Shown here piece by piece: positions 48,401-51,895 of a stretch of DNA of 51,895 nt. This DNA is from Fidelibacterota bacterium (lineage in GTDB: Bacteria; Fidelibacterota; Marinisomatia; SCGC-AAA003-L08; GCA-2689995), in NCBI GenBank assembly GCA_002689995.1, contig NZIV01000063.1:21010-72904 (forward strand). Direction: 5' to 3'. The translations under genes were made by a program, and so were the position numbers. A model generated the notes under the pieces. That model did no database searches. It had not been told where the DNA came from and saw nothing but the letters and a program-made list of their open reading frames with translations. Each line of letters starts with the position of its first letter. Within the stretch, counting starts at the first letter, position 1.

Positions 48401-49036
48401 TTAAAATTGTTCTAATTTACCAAAAGATAGATTATAAACAGTATCACAGTATTTGGTTAGGAAATTATTATTATGAGAGGAAATTATTATTGTTTTTTCA
48501 TCCTTATATTTAACAAGACAATCTTCTAGTATAGCTAATCCTTTTTTATCTAAAGCATTTGTCGGTTCATCTAAAATTAAAATTTCCCAATTACTTAATT
48601 TCATTCTTGCTATGTGATAACGCTGAATCATACCTGCACTGAATTCTATCAATGATTGATGGATTGAAACTTCTAAACCAACATTTTTCAAAGCATATTT
48701 TATTAACTCATCATCTATAAATTCCGATCTTAATTGAAGAAATAATTTAAGATTTTCAAGTGGAGTTAAATATGAATAGCAGTCTTGACTGTGCCCCCAA
48801 TAAAATATTTTTTTTAGGTAATCATAATTTGAAGAAAATAAAACATCTTCAGATATGCTTCCACTTCCATGATCTGGCTTCATTATTCCAGATATTATTT
48901 TTAATAATGTGGTTTTACCTGATCCATTTTCTCCAGTAATTCCAATGGTCGACTTTGATTGAACTTCTAAATTTAAATTATTTATTACAGGCTTAAGATT
49001 AAATGATTTAGTTAAATTTTTTATTGATAGGTTCAT
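48401..49036 (-). CDS. ccmA: Heme ABC exporter ATPase CcmA
   Basis: GENGSGKTT, FSAGM signature and ILILDEP. Confidence 0.9.
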   Translation of the reverse strand: MNLSIKNLTKSFNLKPVINNLNLEVQSKSTIGITGENGSGKTTLLKIISGIMKPDHGSGSISEDVLFSSNYDYLKKIFYWGHSQDCYSYLTPLENLKLFLQLRSEFIDDELIKYALKNVGLEVSIHQSLIEFSAGMIQRYHIARMKLSNWEILILDEPTNALDKKGLAILEDCLVKYKDEKTIIISSHNNNFLTKYCDTVYNLSFGKLEQF

Positions 49037-49066
49037 AAATAATTATAGGATAGAAATGATACTGAA

Positions 49067-49396
49067 TCAAAACCAGAACTTATCATTTTCTTCTAAATTT
49101 ATCTTACTATTTTTGCTATCTTGTGAGAATTCATCTTCTTTATTTTCAAGGAGTATTGATGCTTCTAATTTTAACTCTTTATTTGTCCTATTAAAATCTT
49201 CCTCTGAAATAATACCCATATCATATTCATATTCTGTTTCTCGAATTTGTTTAAAAATATTGACTAATCGTCTTTTATTTGATAAATCTTTTAAATCATT
49301 TCCTTCTTCATAAATTTCAATATTTTTTGATAATAAAGGTTTAATAGTAAAATATATCACAATTATAAAAATTACAAAAAGTAAAGCAGGTATCAT
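49067..49396 (-). CDS. Small CcmI-like membrane-anchored protein
   Basis: N-terminal TM ending KPL, and IRETEYEYDMGIISEEDF resembling the CcmI N-terminal motif. Confidence 0.6.
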   Translation of the reverse strand: MIPALLFVIFIIVIYFTIKPLLSKNIEIYEEGNDLKDLSNKRRLVNIFKQIRETEYEYDMGIISEEDFNRTNKELKLEASILLENKEDEFSQDSKNSKINLEENDKFWF

Positions 49397-49914
49397 TATA
49401 TCCCCATTTTTCTCATTGCTTCATCTACCGATTTAATTTTTGATTGATCAATATTTTGTTTATTTTCCGTAACATTATTTTGAAACTGATGAACAATTAT
49501 AAACCCAATTAATAAACTAAAAATTAAAAGAAAAGTAGGTAATTTCCAAGTTAACCATCCTAAGCCTTTATTTTCCGGTAGTGCTCTCATTCTCTCTCCA
49601 TGAATCCCAATGAAAAAGTTAATAATTTCATCATCCGTCATATTTTTTTTTATTATATTTTTAGAATATTCCAAAATATTTTTATTGTTATATGTAAGTG
49701 TTAGAGAATTATTAAACGTTTCTATATTAAATTCATCTTGAATTAGGTTATTAATTAAAACTTTAATCATTTCTGCTAACTGAGAATCATGTTCAGCAAT
49801 CACACCTCCCCAGCAACAAGGAGCATGTAATTGCTGTTCAATTCCATACTGTCTTTCTGACTTAAACTCTGCAGAAAATAATACAGTTAACACAAATAAA
49901 TAAAATTTATTCAT
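49396..49914 (-). CDS. ccmH: Cytochrome c biogenesis protein CcmH/CycL (vicinal-Cys variant)
   Basis: LHAPCCWGG in place of LRCxxC, TDDEIINFF...HGER...P and a C-terminal TM; follows ccmF. Confidence 0.8.
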   Translation of the reverse strand: MNKFYLFVLTVLFSAEFKSERQYGIEQQLHAPCCWGGVIAEHDSQLAEMIKVLINNLIQDEFNIETFNNSLTLTYNNKNILEYSKNIIKKNMTDDEIINFFIGIHGERMRALPENKGLGWLTWKLPTFLLIFSLLIGFIIVHQFQNNVTENKQNIDQSKIKSVDEAMRKMGI

Positions 49915-51880
49915 TTATTTTTCTTGATGGAATTAATGCAACAAGCGTACCTAATATTAATACAAGTGTTCCTAGCCAAACCCAAGAAACTAAATTATTA
50001 ATTCTAATTTTCAAAGTTGCTAAACCAGTCTCTAAATCCATGCTTCCAAGGATTAAATATAAATCCTTATTTAAGGTTGTTTTAAGAGCAACCTCAGAGT
50101 GCGGCTGACTATCTTGATCTATATAAATTCGTTTCTCAGGAAATAATGATGTGTAAAACAATCCACTTTTTTTGATTTGAATTTCGACAATATATGCATG
50201 ATGATTTTGTCGAGTATTTGGATTAGTCTCTGGTGTTTCTTTCCAATAATTTTTCAATTCAAAAGAATACTCATTTATTTCTGTGATAGGATTTTCGGGT
50301 GTTAAAGAAACATCTGCTTCCTTGTCATAAGCTTTTCCAATAAATCCAAAAAACATCATTAATATTCCAATATGAACTATATAACCACCATATCTGGATT
50401 TGTTTCTTATTATAATTTCAAAAAATGCAATATGAACGGGTTCATTTGCAGTGCGCATTCTCGATCGAGTACCACGATAAAATTCAAGAATTATTGTTGA
50501 AAATACAAATGCAATTAATATTAAAGTAATTAAAGGATAAATTTTAGTAATTCCTAAACTAAAGGAAGTAATGCCAATTAAAATACTTAAAACAACAGGC
50601 AATAGAAAGTTCTTTTTAATACTGTTTATCGACGTTTTACGCCATGCTAATAAAGGAGCAATACCACCTAAAGCTAGCAATACTAGCCCAAAAGGAATTA
50701 TTTTTTGATTAAACCATGTTGGCCCTAGTTTTATTTGAACCCCTCTTAATGCTTCTGTCATCACTGGATATAATGTTCCCCAAAGTACAACAAGCATCAT
50801 TGCTACAAAAATCATATTATTAAATACAAAACCAGCTTCCCTACTAGCAAAGGAATCTAATTGGTTTTGAGAATTCAAATCTTTATGTCGATAAATAAGT
50901 AAGGCAATATTTAACACAACTAAGAAAACTACAAATCCAAAAAACCATATACTTAAATCTGTCGCTGCGAATGCATGAACAGATGATACAATACCACTTC
51001 TTGTTAAATATGTTCCAAAAATAGTTAAAGTGAAAGTTACCATTATAAGAATCATGTTCCAACGGACTAACATCTTTTTCTTTTCCTGAATCATTACGGA
51101 ATGAATAAATGCAGTTCCGGTCAACCATGGAAATAAAGAGGCATTTTCGACAGGATCCCAGGCCCAGTACCCACCCCAACCAAGTTCCATATAAGCCCAC
51201 TTTCCACCCATAACTATTGCTACACTTAAAAGTAACCATGTAAATAAAGACCACCTTCTTGTTAAACGAATCCAAGAGGCATCTAACTGCTGAGTTGCCA
51301 TTGCGGCAACAGCATAGGCATAAGGAATTGTAAATCCAATGAAACCTAAATATAGCATCGGTGGATGTAATAACATAGCCCAATGCTGTAATAATGGATT
51401 TAATCCAGAACCCATTTTAATTGGGCCTTCTACTGGAGTAAATGGATTTTCAAAAGCAAGGCAAATAAATAAAAAGAAGATTAAAACTATTGAAATTACC
51501 ATTGTAACCCACGGCATTAAAGTAATGAATTTTCTTCTGTTTTGATATAAAACAATTAATGTATAAATCGCTAAGATGAAAGTCCAGAAAAGTAATGATC
51601 CTTCCATTCCTGCCCAAAATCCACTAATTTTATAAATAGTTGGAGTATAGATACTACTATACTTATTTACATAAGTTAAACTTAGCTCACTGTTAAATAA
51701 AGCATATATTAAAGTAAACCCTGAAGCTATAATTAGAATACAGGATGAAATCATTGCATTTCTTCCTACATTAAAAAGCCTAAGATCTTTAGATTTTAAA
51801 TACCATAAATTAAATACAAAACTAGTGATTGCAAGAAATAAGGCAAGTGAAATTAAAGATGATCCGAAGAGTGAAATCAT
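49907..51880 (-). CDS. ccmF: Heme lyase CcmF
   Basis: WAGMEGSLLFW, LNPLLQH...HPP, WAYMELGWGGYWAWDPVENAS and TRSGIVSSVHAF. Confidence 0.97.
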   Translation of the reverse strand: MISLFGSSLISLALFLAITSFVFNLWYLKSKDLRLFNVGRNAMISSCILIIASGFTLIYALFNSELSLTYVNKYSSIYTPTIYKISGFWAGMEGSLLFWTFILAIYTLIVLYQNRRKFITLMPWVTMVISIVLIFFLFICLAFENPFTPVEGPIKMGSGLNPLLQHWAMLLHPPMLYLGFIGFTIPYAYAVAAMATQQLDASWIRLTRRWSLFTWLLLSVAIVMGGKWAYMELGWGGYWAWDPVENASLFPWLTGTAFIHSVMIQEKKKMLVRWNMILIMVTFTLTIFGTYLTRSGIVSSVHAFAATDLSIWFFGFVVFLVVLNIALLIYRHKDLNSQNQLDSFASREAGFVFNNMIFVAMMLVVLWGTLYPVMTEALRGVQIKLGPTWFNQKIIPFGLVLLALGGIAPLLAWRKTSINSIKKNFLLPVVLSILIGITSFSLGITKIYPLITLILIAFVFSTIILEFYRGTRSRMRTANEPVHIAFFEIIIRNKSRYGGYIVHIGILMMFFGFIGKAYDKEADVSLTPENPITEINEYSFELKNYWKETPETNPNTRQNHHAYIVEIQIKKSGLFYTSLFPEKRIYIDQDSQPHSEVALKTTLNKDLYLILGSMDLETGLATLKIRINNLVSWVWLGTLVLILGTLVALIPSRKINE

Positions 51881-51895
51881 ATAGACTGTTCTCCA

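Noticed and set aside
49043-49069. Sec read-through at the TGA ending the CcmI-like gene (DKFWF-TGA-FSIISIL)
   Set aside because: No Cys partner, no convincing hairpin, and the extension is nondescript.
2894-51545. Short ORF-track entries overlapping real genes (e.g. 2894-3118, 9240-9515, 17673-17858, 48130-48513, 49056-49313, 50883-51383)
   Set aside because: Antisense or alternate-frame shadows of well-supported genes, with no motifs of their own.
1-51895. Genome-wide UGA reassignment (Trp/Gly, code 4/25)
   Set aside because: Long genes contain no internal TGA, Trp is encoded by TGG, and TGA terminates fliP, flhB, flhG and others at their expected ends. In-frame TGAs occur only at CxxC-type positions.
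1-51895. CRISPR arrays, tRNA/rRNA (including tRNA-Sec), IS elements or prophage
   Set aside because: I saw no regularly spaced DNA repeats, GC-rich structured RNA blocks, transposases or phage genes. The repeats present are protein-level (dockerin, TPR, Cys-rich).

Overview
Very AT-rich, densely packed bacterial chromosomal segment. Many secreted proteins end in dockerin-like Ca-binding repeats and one has a T9SS-type C-terminal domain, which suggests an FCB-superphylum marine lineage such as Marinimicrobia/SAR406 (inference only). In order it carries: a flagellar export/regulatory cluster (fliO-fliP-fliQ-fliR-flhB-flhA-flhF-flhG-fliA) followed by a split histidine-kinase pair; rmuC; a Fur-family/TonB-receptor/MerC-like metal module; menaquinone genes (menG, menF, menD); assorted metabolic and secreted-protein genes; miaA; gltA-thyA-folA; and a cytochrome c maturation cluster (ccmF-H-I-like-A-B-C-D). 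The main hidden signal is a set of genes that the ORF track breaks at in-frame UGA codons lying at thioredoxin active-site Cys positions, each followed by a SECIS-like hairpin. These are a lipoprotein thioredoxin-TPR (UGWC, 32412-33425), a secreted dockerin-bearing redoxin with a rare double-UGA UxxU motif (UAGU, 39428-40105), and its neighbour (WUPAC, 40111-41175). A small ORF ending GUGGCC (17686-17916) is a weaker fourth candidate. Together they suggest an exported, possibly scaffold-docked selenoprotein redox system. Also missed by the ORF track: CTG/ATT-initiated genes (thyA, ccmC, merC-like), a 29-aa ccmD and an ogt remnant. No rRNA, tRNA, CRISPR or mobile element was recognised.
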